Assembly (NCBI RefSeq): GCF_028641065.1
Contig: NC_073399.1
Coordinates: forward strand, 10,850,001-10,914,000
Direction of reading: 5' to 3'
Source of the DNA: Leucoraja erinacea
Taxonomy: Eukaryota
DNA: 64,000 bases
Shown: one piece after another, positions 1 to 12,350 of the stretch
Position numbering within the stretch: the first letter of the stretch is position 1
Layout of the letters: each line of letters starts with the position of its first letter
Notes under the pieces: model-generated
Told to the model about the DNA's origin: nothing
What the model saw: only the letters and a program-made list of their open reading frames with translations
Databases searched by the model: none
Position numbers and translations under genes: made by a program

Positions 1-39
1 CCTCTACAGGTTCCTACCGTTCACTTTTAAAGTCTTACT

Positions 40-291
40 GCAGTTTGACTTCCGAAAATACAACACGTTGCACTTTTTCGAATTTAACTTCATTTTCCAT
101 TCCTCACCTCACTTACGCAGCTGATCAGGATCCCGCTGTAATTCTTGATGATCTTCTTCAATGTCTATTATATCACTATTTTTATTGTCATCTGCAAACG
201 TAACAACCTTGCCTTGTACATTCTCATCCAAATCATTGATATAGATGATAAACAACAATAACAATATATCAGGAACTGAAAAATATTTCAC
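40..291 (-). mobile_element. Degenerate CR1 LINE reverse-transcriptase fragment
   Basis: ORF 109..291 reads [23 protein letters not shown], the CR1 RT catalytic FADD region; decayed. Confidence 0.8.
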
Positions 292-471
292 AAATTATGA
301 AAGGTCTTGCGGGAGAGTGTCTTAGATAGAATTCAAGTTTCCTGCCAATTGTTTGATCAGAGTTCATGACAGAAAAATCTGTTCAAACACTGTACTCGGT
401 TTCTAGGAGTGATTTTTTTTAAACTAAAGGCAAAAGAACCAAGTCTGACTAATACCTCTGATATACATAAT

Positions 472-2310
472 GAAACATAGAAACATAGAAAATAGGTGCA
501 GGAGTAGGCCATTCGGCCCTTCGAGCCTGCACCGCCATTCAATATGATCATGGCTGATCATCAAACTCAGTATCTTGTACCTGCCTTCTCTCCATATCCC
601 CTGATCCCTTTAGCCACAAGGGCCACATTTAACTCCCTCTTAAATATAGCCAATGAACTGGCCTCAACTACCTTCTGTGGCAGGGAATTCCAAAGATTCA
701 CCACTCTCTGTGTGAAAAATGTTTTCCTCATCTCGGTCCTAAAAGATTTCCCCCTTATCCTTAAACTGTGACCCCTTGTTCTGGACTTCCCCAACATCGG
801 AAACAATCTTCCTGCATCTGGCCTGTCCAACCCCTTAAGAATTTTGTAAGTTTGTATAAGATCCCCCCTCAATCTTCTAAATTCTAGCGAGTACAAACCG
901 AGACTATCCAGTCTTTCTTCATATGAAAGTCCTGACATCCCAGGAATCAGTCTGGTGAACCTTCTCTGTACTCCCTCTATGGCAAGAATGTCTTTCCTCA
1001 GATTAGGAGACCAAAACTGTACGCAATACTCCAGGTGTGGTCTCACCAATACCCTGTACAACTGCAGTAGAATCTCCCCGCTCCTATACTCAAATCCTTT
1101 TGCTATGAATGCTAACATATCATTCGCCTTCTTCACTGCCTGCTGCACCTGCATGCCTACTTTCAATGACTGGTGTACCATGACACTCAGGTCTCATTGC
1201 ATCTCCCCCTTTCCTAATTGGCCACCATTCAGATAATAGTCTACTTTCCTGTTTTTGCCACCAAAGTGGATAACCTCACATTTATCCACATTATACTGCA
1301 TCTGTCATGCATTTGCCCACGCACCCAGCCTATCCAAGTCACTTTGCAGCCTCCTAGCATCCTCCTCACAGCTAACACTGCCCCCCAGCTTCGTGTCATC
1401 CGCAAACTTGGAGATGTTGCATTCAATTCCCTCGTCCAAATCATTAATATATATCGTAAATAGCTGGGGTCCCAGCACTGAGCCTTGCGGTTCCCCAGTA
1501 GTCACTGCCTGCCATTCTGAAAAGGACGCATTTACTCCTACTCTTTGCTTCCTGTCTGCCAGCCAGTTCTCTATCCACATCAATACTGAACCCCCAATAC
1601 CGTGTGCTTTAAGTTTGAATACTAATCTCTTATGTGGGACCTTGTCGAAAGCCTTCTGAAAGTCCAGATATCACATCCACTGGTTCTCCCTTATCTACTC
1701 TACTAGTTACATCCTCGAAAAATTCTATAAGATTCGTCAGACATGATTTACCTTTCATAAATCCATGCTGACTTTGTCCAATGATTTCACCACTTTCCAA
1801 ATGTGCTGCTATCCCATCTTTAATAACTGATTCTAGCAGTTTCCCCACTACCGACGTTAGACTAACTGGTCTGTAATTCCCCGTTTTCTCTCTCCCTCCC
1901 TTTTTAAAAAGTGGGGTTACATTAGCTACCCTCCAATCCTCAGGAACTACTCCAGAATCTAAAGAGTTTTGAAAAATTATCACTAATGCATCCACTATTT
2001 CTGGGGCTACTTCCTTAAGTACTCTAGGATGCAGCCTATCTGGCCCTGGGGATTTATCGGCCTTTAATCCATTCAATTTACCTAATACCACTTCCCGGCT
2101 AACCTGGATTTCACTCAGTTCCTCCATCTCATTTGACCCCCAGTCCCCTGCTATTTCCGGCAGATTATTTATGTCTTCCTTAGTGAAGACAGAACCAAAG
2201 TAGTTATTCAATTGGTCTGCCATGTCCTTGTTCCCCATGATCAATTCACCTGTTTCTGACTGCAAGGGACCTACATTTGTTTTAACTAATCTTTTTCTCT
2301 TCACATATCT
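472..2310 (-). mobile_element. 5'-truncated CR1 LINE (ORF2 RT, 3' UTR, (TATGTTTC)n tail) in an RNF213 intron
   Basis: ORFs 1630..2328, 1305..1583 and 567..1181 give [44 protein letters not shown] and LVRPHLEYCVQFW, broken by frameshifts. GAAACATA repeats mark the 3' end at ~472-490. Confidence 0.95.
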
Positions 2311-2635
2311 GAAGCACTGGGGATCCACAGGATGCTTATAATAATCTGCTATCTTTCTTAAAATACATTCAAAACCATAATGAGTAAAATAAACAATGTT
2401 GTCTATTTAAAACATATATTGTACAAGAAAGCCATATGCAATTTAAGTCAAGATAGATTGATCACAAAATATGAAACAGGACCAAGAGGGCCAAAAGATT
2501 TGCCAAATTTGAGAACAAAAGACAGTTTTATAAAATTATTTTGCATAGTGCGGAGGATAGTAAATTAGTATCATTTTGAAAAAGAGACTGGTTTTAGAAC
2601 CAATGGTAAGAAACTAATTGTATGGACCTTCTTAC

Positions 2636-2835
2636 CTCTTTCATAAAGCAAATGTTGGTTTATAACTAAGCAGCGATTTGTGATACAATCTTTTGGCGAG
2701 TCAGACTTATAAATAAATTCGTACTCGTTTATATTGTCCCTTATAACTACATATTTATATGGATGTTGTTTTTGAATCTTGTCTTTATGAACAGAATGGC
2801 ACCCTTCAATGAAGTATCCATGTTCTCCTAAATCC
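2636..2835 (-). CDS. RNF213: RNF213 (mysterin) coding exon, CBM20-like region second half; gene continues off the left edge
   Basis: aacag|G GAT TTA ... GAA AGA G|gtaag. Translates DLGEHGYFIEGCHSVHKDKIQKQHPYKYVVIRDNINEYEFIYKSDSPKDCITNRCLVI, matching RNF213 motifs DLG..EG..IPYKYV..YEFIY..NRCL. 200 nt, phase 2 in, phase 1 out. Confidence 0.93.
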
Positions 2836-2959
2836 CTGTTGAAGTGAAGTAAAATTTTTACAAATTGACCCAAAATAATCAAATAATTCAAACATAATAA
2901 ATCTAATTTTTTGAAAATAAAGTACAAATGAAAACAGTAAGCAATGCCGACATACACTC

Positions 2960-3510
2960 AATCTCTCCCCCCCTCTCTCTCTCCACCTCCACTTCTCACT
3001 CTCCCCCCCTCCCTCTCTCTCTCCCCCTAGCCCCAGGCCAGGCGACCATGGAACTGCAGCTGCGAGCAGCCGCCGGAACCGGACATCCTTCTGCCGGCCT
3101 GCCTGCCAGCCAGCGGCGGTGTCCTTCGACACAGGCGCAGATGGTGGAGGTGGTGGTTGGCGGGTAGCTACTGGGCGGACGGCTGGCTGCACCATCCCAG
3201 GCTTGCTCTCTATCTACTAGTCCCGGGGCAGGCCACCTGGGAACTGCAGCTAGACCTGGGGCCCGCAGGCGACTTGGGAAGTGCAGCTAGTCTCAGAATT
3301 GCGAGGGATCTGGGAACTGATGCCAGCCCCAGTGACGCGAGGGATCTGGGAACTGAAGCCAGTCCTGGGGCACGCAGGCGATGATGCCGACCCTTGGACT
3401 AAACCAAACCCTTGAACCTCTCCCGCCATCCTTTTTTCAAAATTTAGCAACTTAAATTGGCGGTGCGTCGTCATTGCCAGGAAATATGGTAATTCACAGA
3501 CGCACTGGCA
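2960..3510. repeat. GC/CpG-rich intronic insert with internal imperfect repeats (unclassified, probably TE-derived)
   Basis: CT-rich start followed by recurring GGGAACTGCAGC and GCGAGGGATCTGGGAACTGA units, in otherwise AT-rich intron. Confidence 0.45.
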
Positions 3511-4162
3511 TCACAGATGAATGACTTGTTAAAAAGTTATCTTTCTGTTCTCCAAGCTAAAAGAGCATTGCGCACGAGAAACTATAATTAACAACAAATT
3601 AATATATTAGTTTTTTTTAAATAAACTACACAAATTAAAATTTAATTAAATATGCACAATGTCTTAGGTTAAGATGGCAGTACAGATGACGTGCAAGCTT
3701 ACAGAGCAGTGACCCCAGACAACTATACTTGCAATGTGTGCAACTGGAAGGTCAATGAGTGAGTCAATGAGGAAGACATTCAATAAGATGTCATCTGAGA
3801 ATTGGGGTCATGGTGGAGCTGACTAACATCCAGAGTTGGTCAAATGAACAAGTTTATGATGAGCTGAATTCATCATTGAGTTCAACCATGATGCATTGAC
3901 AGGCTGAGGGCAAAAACTGATAAGAACTGAATCCCCATTCAACTGAAGGAGTCACTGATTCTGGGGGTAAAATGAGTGAAATGATTTACTTATCTCACTT
4001 TATACTGATATTTTTATTTATTTGCTTGCAATTTAAGAACTGTTTAAACTTTTTATCGAATTGCTTTCTGCAATCCATGAGCCAGCGTCTCAAACTTCTA
4101 TTTATGTGTGTTGAAGGTGCCCAAGACATGGAGAGATCAGAAACTAGCACAATCATGATCAA

Positions 4163-5154
4163 CGGGGCCGGCCTTAGGAGGTGCGGGGCCCAATTGGAAA
4201 CAATTTTGGTAAGCCCCAGGTTTCCAGCCAAGGCCTGTATAATCATAGAAATACAAATAAAATCTATTATAGACTTTATATATCGATGGTAGAATGGAAA
4301 GTAATCAAAATATATGCTTAAAAAGTGCCTGCGAGTTAATGGACCAAACAGATCTAAGGTACATTTTAATATAAAATTGCATACATGTAAACCTATAAGT
4401 AACAAACAAAATGTGTAGATCACCTCTGAAAAGTACATATTGACAAAAAACCAGTCCAGGCATTAACTTTTGGGCTTCGGCCCCATCCTACCCTTTGGGC
4501 TTCCACCCCGTACACGCACGCTTGTGCGTGCGTGCGTGTGTGTGTGAAGGAGAGAATGGAGGGAGGGAGAGAAGGGAGGAAGGAGAGAAGGGAGTGAGGA
4601 AAGTAGAGAAAGAAGGGTGGAAGGAGAGAAAGAAGGGAGGGAGGAAAGGAGAGAAGAGAAAAGAGAGAGAGGAGGGAGAGAAAGAAGAGAGGGGGGAAGG
4701 AGAGAAGGGAAAAGAGAGATAAGGAGGGGGGAGGGAAGGAGAGAAGGGAGGGAGGGAAGAAGGCAAGGAAGGGATAGAAGGGGAGGAGAAGGGAGGGAGA
4801 GGGCCAATGGCAGGAGCGGATGCCGGGGTCCGGGCGGACGGGTGTGAGCTGAGGCCAAGGTTTGTAAACATTGCTCAATCAGGGCCTGGCCCTCCCTGTA
4901 TTGTTCACCGCATCTTCCCGAGGAGAGGGGTGAGCCGGAGCTGTGTGCGTGAAGCACGGCAACTGGAGAGGCGGGAGCGCTGCCCCGGAACGACCCCCTC
5001 TCCCCCTACTCCATTCCCTCTCACACCCTCTCTCCCCATCTAACCCTCTCTTCCCCCTCCACTCTCTCTCCCCCCTCCACCCGGGGTAGATCTATCTATC
5101 TGAGCCGATCTGGCGCGGGGCCCAATTGGCCCAATCGGCTTAAGGCCGGCCCTG
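4163..5154. mobile_element. Non-autonomous hAT DNA transposon, 992 bp
   Basis: TIRs CGGGGCCGGCCTTA ... TAAGGCCGGCCCTG (1 mismatch); perfect 8-bp TSD ATGATCAA at 4155-4162 and 5155-5162; subterminal GCGGGGCCCAATTGG at both ends; no transposase ORF. Confidence 0.9.
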
Positions 5155-5313
5155 ATGATCAACGCAATTCCTTCCAGTCGATTAAGTGATACAAGCCTAA
5201 ATATGCAAACATACTCTTCATTATTCTTAAATTCAAAAACATTTCAAACAAAAATAAAACCCTGCCAGAAAAGGACTTAAACAATTAAAACTCTTAATCA
5301 AATGAAAACTTAC

Positions 5314-5472
5314 TTAGTGACATTCATTTCCAAAACGTTTGTGGCCCAGTTATCAGCAAGACTTCCTGATCTTATAACTACTTTATCTTTAAATGGATTG
5401 AATTTAAAATCCTTTGACAGTATTGCATGGAAGTAAATGGAAACTGTTTCTTCAGGTTTTAAATTTGTGTAA
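5314..5472 (-). CDS. RNF213: RNF213 coding exon, CBM20-like region first half
   Basis: ctgcag|T TAC ... ACT AA|gtaagt. Translates YTNLKPEETVSIYFHAILSKDFKFNPFKDKVVIRSGSLADNWATNVLEMNVT, resembling RNF213 V.FFHAIIS..F.FNP...KVFIR. 159 nt, phases match both neighbours; not in the ORF track. Confidence 0.92.
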
Positions 5473-6443
5473 CTGCAGATTAAAAACAATGTTTATTACA
5501 AACAAAATCATAATAATGCTTGATAAGTCAAAAAATATTTGATAATTCATATTAGTGCTATTACCCTTTGGACAACTTGTCCCCATTTATTAGTGGTTTT
5601 AAAAATACATATGATAATTGATATTACATCTGAAACTATGATTACTGCAGAAGCTGGAAATATAAAACAAGAACAGTAAATGCAAAAAGTATTCAGAGGG
5701 TCAGGCCATATCAGTGGGAAGAGAGTCAACGTTTCAGGTTGGAGATTCTTCATCAGAACTTTAGTCAAGGTCTCTGACCCGAAACATTGACTTGGTTTCT
5801 CTACTCACATTTGCAATCTGTCCCTATGAATGTTATAAAATAAAACTATCTGAACTCAACTGTCACATTTATAGCAGGCTTTCAAAGTGGTGAGGACAAG
5901 TTAGATTAGAATTCTATGGAATATGGAAAGCGGGGAGTCGCCATTATTTCAAATTATTTGCGAAAGAGGACAACGGCAGTTACACAAGAAACAGGCTAAG
6001 GATAAATGTAAGCATGGTTGATCATTATAACAACTAGCAAAGAGAAAGTGGATGAATTGTAAATGCAAGAGGCCATGAAAGTAAGAAGACATGTTAAATT
6101 AAACAAAAACAACTAATAGGTTGCAACCAACAACAAAGTAAGACCTAATAAATAAAATGCAACATTAAGAAGTATAGGCAAGCATTGCAGAAAATAATCT
6201 AAAAGGCAAAAATCCAGAAGGGAAAAAATTAGAAGAAAAAAAGTGCCTCAAATACCTCCTGCTTGCCAAAGCAGGTAATCATATTGATAAACCCGAAATT
6301 TTATCCACCGAAACAAAATTCAGAATAACAAGATGTGAGATGAAGGACAGGAAGTTTGCTCAGCTAAAATCCAGCAAAAAATCATCTAAAGTTTTGCATT
6401 AAAAATAGTAATCTACCTATTAACTCAATCATTCTTTTCGCAC

Positions 6444-6694
6444 CTTAAGCCAGAAGTAGTTTCCTTTGAATGCTTTTTTTGCTGTTTTTTTTCCTTCCTG
6501 GTTAATGATGTTTTATCTGCAGCAGCACTATTGCTTATTGTTGTCATTGACAATTCCTGGTTACTTTCCTGCTTTGGACTTTCCGATGGTTTATCAATAT
6601 GTTTTTCTTCCACGGTCTTGCATTCCTGCTCCTGTCTTTTTTTCTCACTCTGCTGAAGCCGTTTCTTTTTATTATCAGCACCTGAATCTTCACC
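6444..6694 (-). CDS. RNF213: RNF213 coding exon, low-complexity N-terminal arm
   Basis: ctctag|GGT GAA GAT ... GGC TTA AG|gtgcg. 251 nt open frame GEDSGADNKKKRLQQ...KETTSGL; phase 0 in and phase 2 out fit the flanking exons. Confidence 0.8.
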
Positions 6695-7899
6695 CTAGAG
6701 GGCACCAAAGACAGCATAAGTGACTTCTGAAATGTCTTCATTTGTCTGATGTTTTTAAACTTACATATTTATATCGGGATCAGTAGTCTTACATTTTCAG
6801 TTCAAGTTCTCTAATGTTTCTGTGCTTTGTCCAAGGCGGACCAACTTGCAATAATATCATGGACATCATCTAACAAAGTAATAAGATCAAACCCCACCTC
6901 AAACAAACAACATCTTCCACTTAGGTTGAAGTCAGACACAAAAAGCTGGAGTAACTCGGGAACAGGTAGCACCTCTGGTGAAAAGGAATGGGTGATGTTT
7001 CGGGTCAAGACCGTTCTTCAGTCAGCCTATCTGGACTTTAGTCTGTGATTCTTCCACTTGGGTCTTGCCTTCCTCAGTTAGGTTTCTAAAGCAATTACTG
7101 ATGCAGCAGAATCATTGCATTCCAAGCATAATTGAACACATTTACAGTTACACATGATTATACATGAGAAAACAATGGCTTTGTTAGAAGATTCTTAAAT
7201 AGAAATTACCATACACTGGAATCCCAGAAATGCTCAATTTGCATATATACCATTTGCTTTTGTACTTCTCTTTGTGACTTTATAAAGTACCTTCATAAGA
7301 CTTGGCAAAAAGTGAGCTTATAGAATTGAGGATAATTTAATGGTCTACCAAAGAATTTGGCCTAGTGCAATAAGAGGAATATCTGATATCTAGCATTTTA
7401 ACAAATAACAAAGATTTTGTTGGTAAGAACAATATCCGATTTTGTCAATGACACAGGATATGCAGCAGTGAAAGCTGCATAGTGAATCATTACAATAAAA
7501 AAATCAATTAGAATGAGCAAAACTGTAGCAAATAGATTAGCATGGATAAATGAGACAAATGGGCAGCTGCAAAAAGAATAAAAAGTATTCCCTAAATGGT
7601 GAGCATTTATCCAGCTCCACCCATTGACTAAACACATTGTGCTATTGGAGCTCCTGATAAATTTGCTACACAGCATCTCTGATGTTGACGACATTGTGAA
7701 CATTGTGAACAGCATGTTTAGTGAGCTGGTCACACTGTATGTAAGGATTGTGCAGACAAAAAGCTGAGTAACCAACAGGCAGAGTAGGAGACATAGGAGA
7801 GCAGTGTAGCGATCTTCTGTGAACAAATCCCTCTCAATACAGACAATATTGGACAGAAAATCTCTTGGGAAAGCTGTCACAGCTAAGTTCATGACAGGT

Positions 7900-8180
7900 T
7901 CCATTGCACAGGAGAGGATTAAAAAAAATTGAAGAGCTCAAGCAATTAGGGATTCAAGTATAAGGGGAGAAGCCAAAAGTTTCTGAGGCCACTAGCAAGA
8001 TTTCAGGGTCATATATTGCATCACTGTTGCTAGAATCAAGGATGTCTCAATGTGGCTTGATGGTATTTTGGAAGGGAGAAGATGAACCGTGATGGTTATG
8101 GTACATGTCAGTATGAATAACATGACTGACAAAATGCAATATAAATTCAAATTAGAAAGCAGGACCCCAAAGGTAGTAGA
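7900..8180 (+). mobile_element. Decayed CR1 ORF1 (SGNH esterase-like) fragment
   Basis: Degenerate remnants of IGDS..RG, C.PGAR.KDV and VHV..N. motifs typical of CR1 ORF1; stops and indels present. Confidence 0.55.
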
Positions 8181-8840
8181 GTCATAGAATCATAAAGCAT
8201 GGCAGTAGGCCATTCAGCTTAACACATTCATCCCAACTAATGGGCACCCTTCAGTAATAATCCCATTACCCACTACCTGGTCCATATACTCCTAGGCAAT
8301 TCAATTGCTCATTTCGACATTTCTTAAATGCTGTCAGCAATCCAGCTTCTCATTAATTGCATTCCAGATACTTACCACTCTCTGGGGGAAGGAGATTCCT
8401 CTCCATATCTCCTCTCCTTCTCCCTTACTCAAATGTATCCTCTTGCCTATATTTAACCTTGATGGGGCAGATGTTTTCTGCAATTTGCCCTATTTATATG
8501 AACTGTGTGGTTATTAGATAATTACAAGATTGGATTTGGCGAAAGTCCTCACCCATTAAATAAGCTGCTGAGAATCATTACCCAATATGTCTTTCTACAT
8601 ATTTTAGTTTATATTATTTAAAAAAAATTTTTAAATAATTTATTTTCCCTGTTGAGACATTAGGCCAGCTGAAAATTTAATACTTTGTAGAATATTGTTC
8701 AGTTCAATTTTTTTTTCTATTTAATCGAGCTGCTTACAATAGTTTCAGGCCATTTTTATTTATATATAAAATTGAATTTTTTCACAAAATACTATTTTAA
8801 TTAAAAAAAACATTTTATTTATGAAAACAGTGTTATTAAC

Positions 8841-9440
8841 CTTAGTAAGTGGAATGCTCTCTTCCTTCTTTGTGTTCTGTTGATTGCAAATCTTTTCTTT
8901 GCTGGCTCCTGTACACTCAAGGTCACTTCCAGCATTATCTTTTGCAGCTTCTGATTTGCCTCCATGAACTTCCTTTGCTGATTCAACATTACCATTGTTC
9001 TCCTTTTGTTTTTCCAGTGTTAAAATTATACCCTCCTTTGAATCGGTTGACTTTTTCATCTGTGGGTGAGGCGCTGGCTTCTCTACAGTAGCTCTAGCAC
9101 CTTGATCTTCGTTCTCACTGGGTATAATGCCACTTTTGGATGATTCCAAGCCTGAATTTGGCTCTTCTTTGACTGAACTGTGACTGTCTGGCATTTGATT
9201 CTTGTCCGTTGACTTGGGGGAATGGTCATCACCTACAGCATCTTCTAGATTATCAATTCTACTGGTCGACTTTTGAAAATTGGCCATATCTTCAGTGTCA
9301 GCAGAATAATCAGTGGTTTTATTATCAATTTTACTGTGTTGTGTTGTTTCAGTGTCCGTGTGTTCACTCTCAAGATGAGAAGCTGAGGTAGTCACTTCAC
9401 ATGCATCAGTTAGACTCCGTTTATTCTGTTTTTTTCTCTG
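8841..9440 (-). CDS. RNF213: RNF213 coding exon, acidic/Ser-rich disordered N-terminal arm
   Basis: ttttacaag|CAG AGA ... ACT AAG|gttaat. 600 nt open frame within ORF 8760..9455, phase 0/0; NAGNAG alternative acceptor at 9437. Confidence 0.82.
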
Positions 9441-10443
9441 CTTGTAAAACAACAATAACAGTCAGATCATATGAATGACAGTAATCAGTATCATAAGCTT
9501 CCTGGATTTCAAAATTCCATTCCCTTTCCAACACACAAGCTATAAAGAATTGTTTTTCTAACAATACCGTTAATTAGAAAACTGCACAAATAAAACCGGG
9601 TTAAATGGTACGTATTCAATTGTATTCAGTGTGGCACTGATACCAGAATAATACAAACACAATATCTCAACGTAGTGAACATTTTTCCATTTTGCTCCAA
9701 TTGAATGTTTTACTGCATTTTGATAAGCATGAAACAGTTATTTATTAAGTTATCTATAGCTAGTAAAACATGGGTGCTATATTGTTGAATTCTAGATGTT
9801 ACCAAAATGTATTCTCTTCTACTTTAAGTGAAATAGACAATAAATCTATTTAACTCATACAAGAAATTAACTTTTCAAATTTTCAACTGAATAAAATGCT
9901 TCTTGTCAATTCATTTTTCAGATGTGGGCCTCACTGGGAAGGCCAGTTTGCCAACCCTAACTCTCTTTAAACTCCTTATTGAGTCACTGGGAAAAGAATT
10001 GGGACGATCATGTTAGTATATTAGTGCCCAGCATTTTAATACATACATATGTACAGGAATTTGCAGGAATTACATAAACTTTGCAAGGGTTTTAAATTAT
10101 AATGTGCTATGATGCCCACTTACGAAACCAGCTATGATGACTACAAGGCAGGCAAAGAGCTCATAACTAAGATTATTTTTTTAAATAACATAGAATTAAA
10201 ATAGCAATAAAGAAGTGTTAACAATATCTTGATCCTCAGCTTCCCCTGGATCCTGATCTTGCTTATTAACAATGCATAATGATGCACAACCATAATCGAA
10301 ATACACTGACAAGCTAGACACATTCTACAGCAAACCAGCTTTTCAGACTAAACCGATGTCTGTAAATTGCATGTTGGAACAAAGTCTACAGTTATGAAAT
10401 CATAGAATTGTTTAGTTAATTGACATCTTTGCACATTCTCTTC

Positions 10444-10587
10444 GTCGACCCAACGTTTCGGGACGAGATCCTTCTTCAGTCTGAAGAAGGGTCTCGACCC
10501 GAAATGTCACCCATTCCTTATCTCCAGAGATGCTGCCTGTCCCACTGGGTTACTCCAGCATTTTGTGTCTACCTTTGAATTGTGTCT
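10444..10587. mobile_element. Short Penelope-derived fold-back element flanked by a 45-bp direct duplication
   Basis: CCTTCTTCAG-T-CTGAAGAAGG palindromic centre; flanks 10399-10443 and 10588-10632 are near-identical (4 mismatches). Confidence 0.75.
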
Positions 10588-10721
10588 ATCATAGAATTAT
10601 TTAGTTCATTGACATCTTAGCACATTTTCTTCAAAGGTACTATCCAATGAGTAATAACCTCTATTACCGGTTATCCTTAATCTCGTAACTTTTTTTATTT
10701 TTCAAGTGTAACGTGAAATCT

Positions 10722-10950
10722 TAAGGTAGGCACAAAATGCTGGAATATGTCAGCAGGACAGACAGCATCTCTGGAAAGAATGAATGGGTGACGTTTCGGG
10801 GCGAGACCCTTCTTCAGGCTGAATAAGGGGCTTCACCCGAAATGTCACCCATTCCTTCTACCCAGTGATGCTGCCTGTCCCACTGAGTTACTCCGGCATT
10901 TTGTGTCTACCTTCGATTTAAACCAGCATCTGTAGTTCTTTCCTGCATAT
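10722..10950. mobile_element. Penelope-derived fold-back element (inverted 3'-end copies)
   Basis: AAGGTAGGCACAAAATGCTGG...CCCTTCTTCAG is mirrored by CTGAATAAGGG...CATTTTGTGTCTACCTT. The unit equals the 3' end of the GIY-YIG-bearing copies at 20.2-20.5 and 34.6-35.2 kb. Confidence 0.8.
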
Positions 10951-11289
10951 TCCTTTTCACAAGAAGAAACAGAAAAGTTGACAATCAGCCACAATGAAAT
11001 GTTATAAGTGGATCAGCAGCTCAATTAGAAGTAGGTTTTAAGATACATTTTAAAGAATCAAAATTGAATTGCAGATCTTGGAGCCTGGGTAGTCTTGGGT
11101 GTAGAGTGTGGAATTGAAGGAACATGATAGCTCAAGATAAAAGGAGCTATGCCTAGTGAGGATTAGTGATAGGGTGGTCTAAAAGGGAAGGTGGGGCAAA
11201 GATGGGATTTGAAATCAGGAAAGACAGGTTTAAAACTTAATGATAAAAGTAATAAAATGATGAGACATAGGTAAAGGGTATTCAGGGTT

Positions 11290-11590
11290 TTTTTCTTTGG
11301 ATGGAAATGTCAAATCGTAGAGGGTATAGGCTTAAGCTTAGAGAGGGAATGTTTACAGGCGATGTACAAGGCAGATTTCTTAAACACGACAGTTGCAAGT
11401 GCCCGGATATGCTGTCGGGCAAGCAGGAAGATAGAGACATCATAGCAACATTTAAGAGGCATTTAAACAGACATATGAACAGGTGGGGAACAGACCATGT
11501 ACAGGCAGATGGGATTCGTTTAAATTGGCATCACGATCGGAGCAAACATGACGGGCCAAAGGGCAGGCCCTGTTTTGTATTGTTCTATGT
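11290..11590 (+). mobile_element. Decayed CR1 3' fragment
   Basis: RGYRLKLR...IATFKRHLNRHMNR C-terminal ORF2 remnant followed by a GGGCCAAAGGGC-type 3' UTR. Confidence 0.7.
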
Positions 11591-12189
11591 ACAACCGATA
11601 TTGGTTATCGAGCACAGATTGAGCAGAGAATATAATTTGTCATAATATAGGCAGCAGAATTTTAAATTAGTTCAAGTTTATGGAGTTGGAAGTGAAAGAT
11701 GGGAATCTGGACAACACTGGTCGTCCACAGGTAACAAAGTCAAGGACACATCCATCAGCAGCAGACAAGCTGATACAAGATCAGTAATAGTCAGACTCTC
11801 AAGGAAGGTTATCTCCTTTAGATCGTTATCAATTGTCTTAAATCTGCTTCCTCCAATTACTGACCCATCAGCCATTTTCTCCCTACAACATTTATCAAGA
11901 GACAGAATTTCAAAACTTCCCATTATTTATCCTGATATACACAGTAAATAGAAGGGCCTTTAGGAGAGACAACGTGGTGCAGGTACATGGTTAAATGAAA
12001 GTGGCGACAGGTTGCTATGGAGGCATTTGGTACACTTTGCCTTCAGGAGCATTAAATTAAGCTTATTTTCCCAATTGTAAATATTTTTGAGAGGTGATGT
12101 CTTCTTATCTTCCTTATGCCAGGTATCTCTAACAGATGCTTATATCATTAATATGAAGCCACATATGAGGCTGATGATACAAAAGTTAT

Positions 12190-12350
12190 GGGCCTGTCCC
12201 ACTTATACGACTTATCCGGCGACTGCCAGCACCCATCATAGTTCGCCGAAAATTGTCAACATGTTGAAAATTCAGCGGCAACCAGAAAGACACTACTACT
12301 CTTTGGGTGACTGAGAGACTACTCACAACCATACAGGCGACACCCTGGCG
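12190..12350 (+). mobile_element. Truncated Harbinger-like non-autonomous element end
   Basis: Terminus GGGCCTGTCCCACT resembles the element at 39845; CGA-rich interior; right end replaced by CR1. Confidence 0.45.

Noticed and set aside
4420-4957. Several 127-164 aa Leu/Ser/Pro-rich ORFs
   Set aside because: Translations of the GA tract inside the hAT element; not a transposase or membrane protein.
7398-7904. 168-aa hydrophobic minus-strand ORF
   Set aside because: No recognisable domain, not needed for RNF213 exon phase continuity, adjacent to decayed CR1 sequence.
10441-10950. Recurring palindromic ~30-bp motif suggesting a CRISPR array
   Set aside because: Dispersed, irregularly spaced, embedded in longer Penelope repeats, no cas genes, eukaryotic context.
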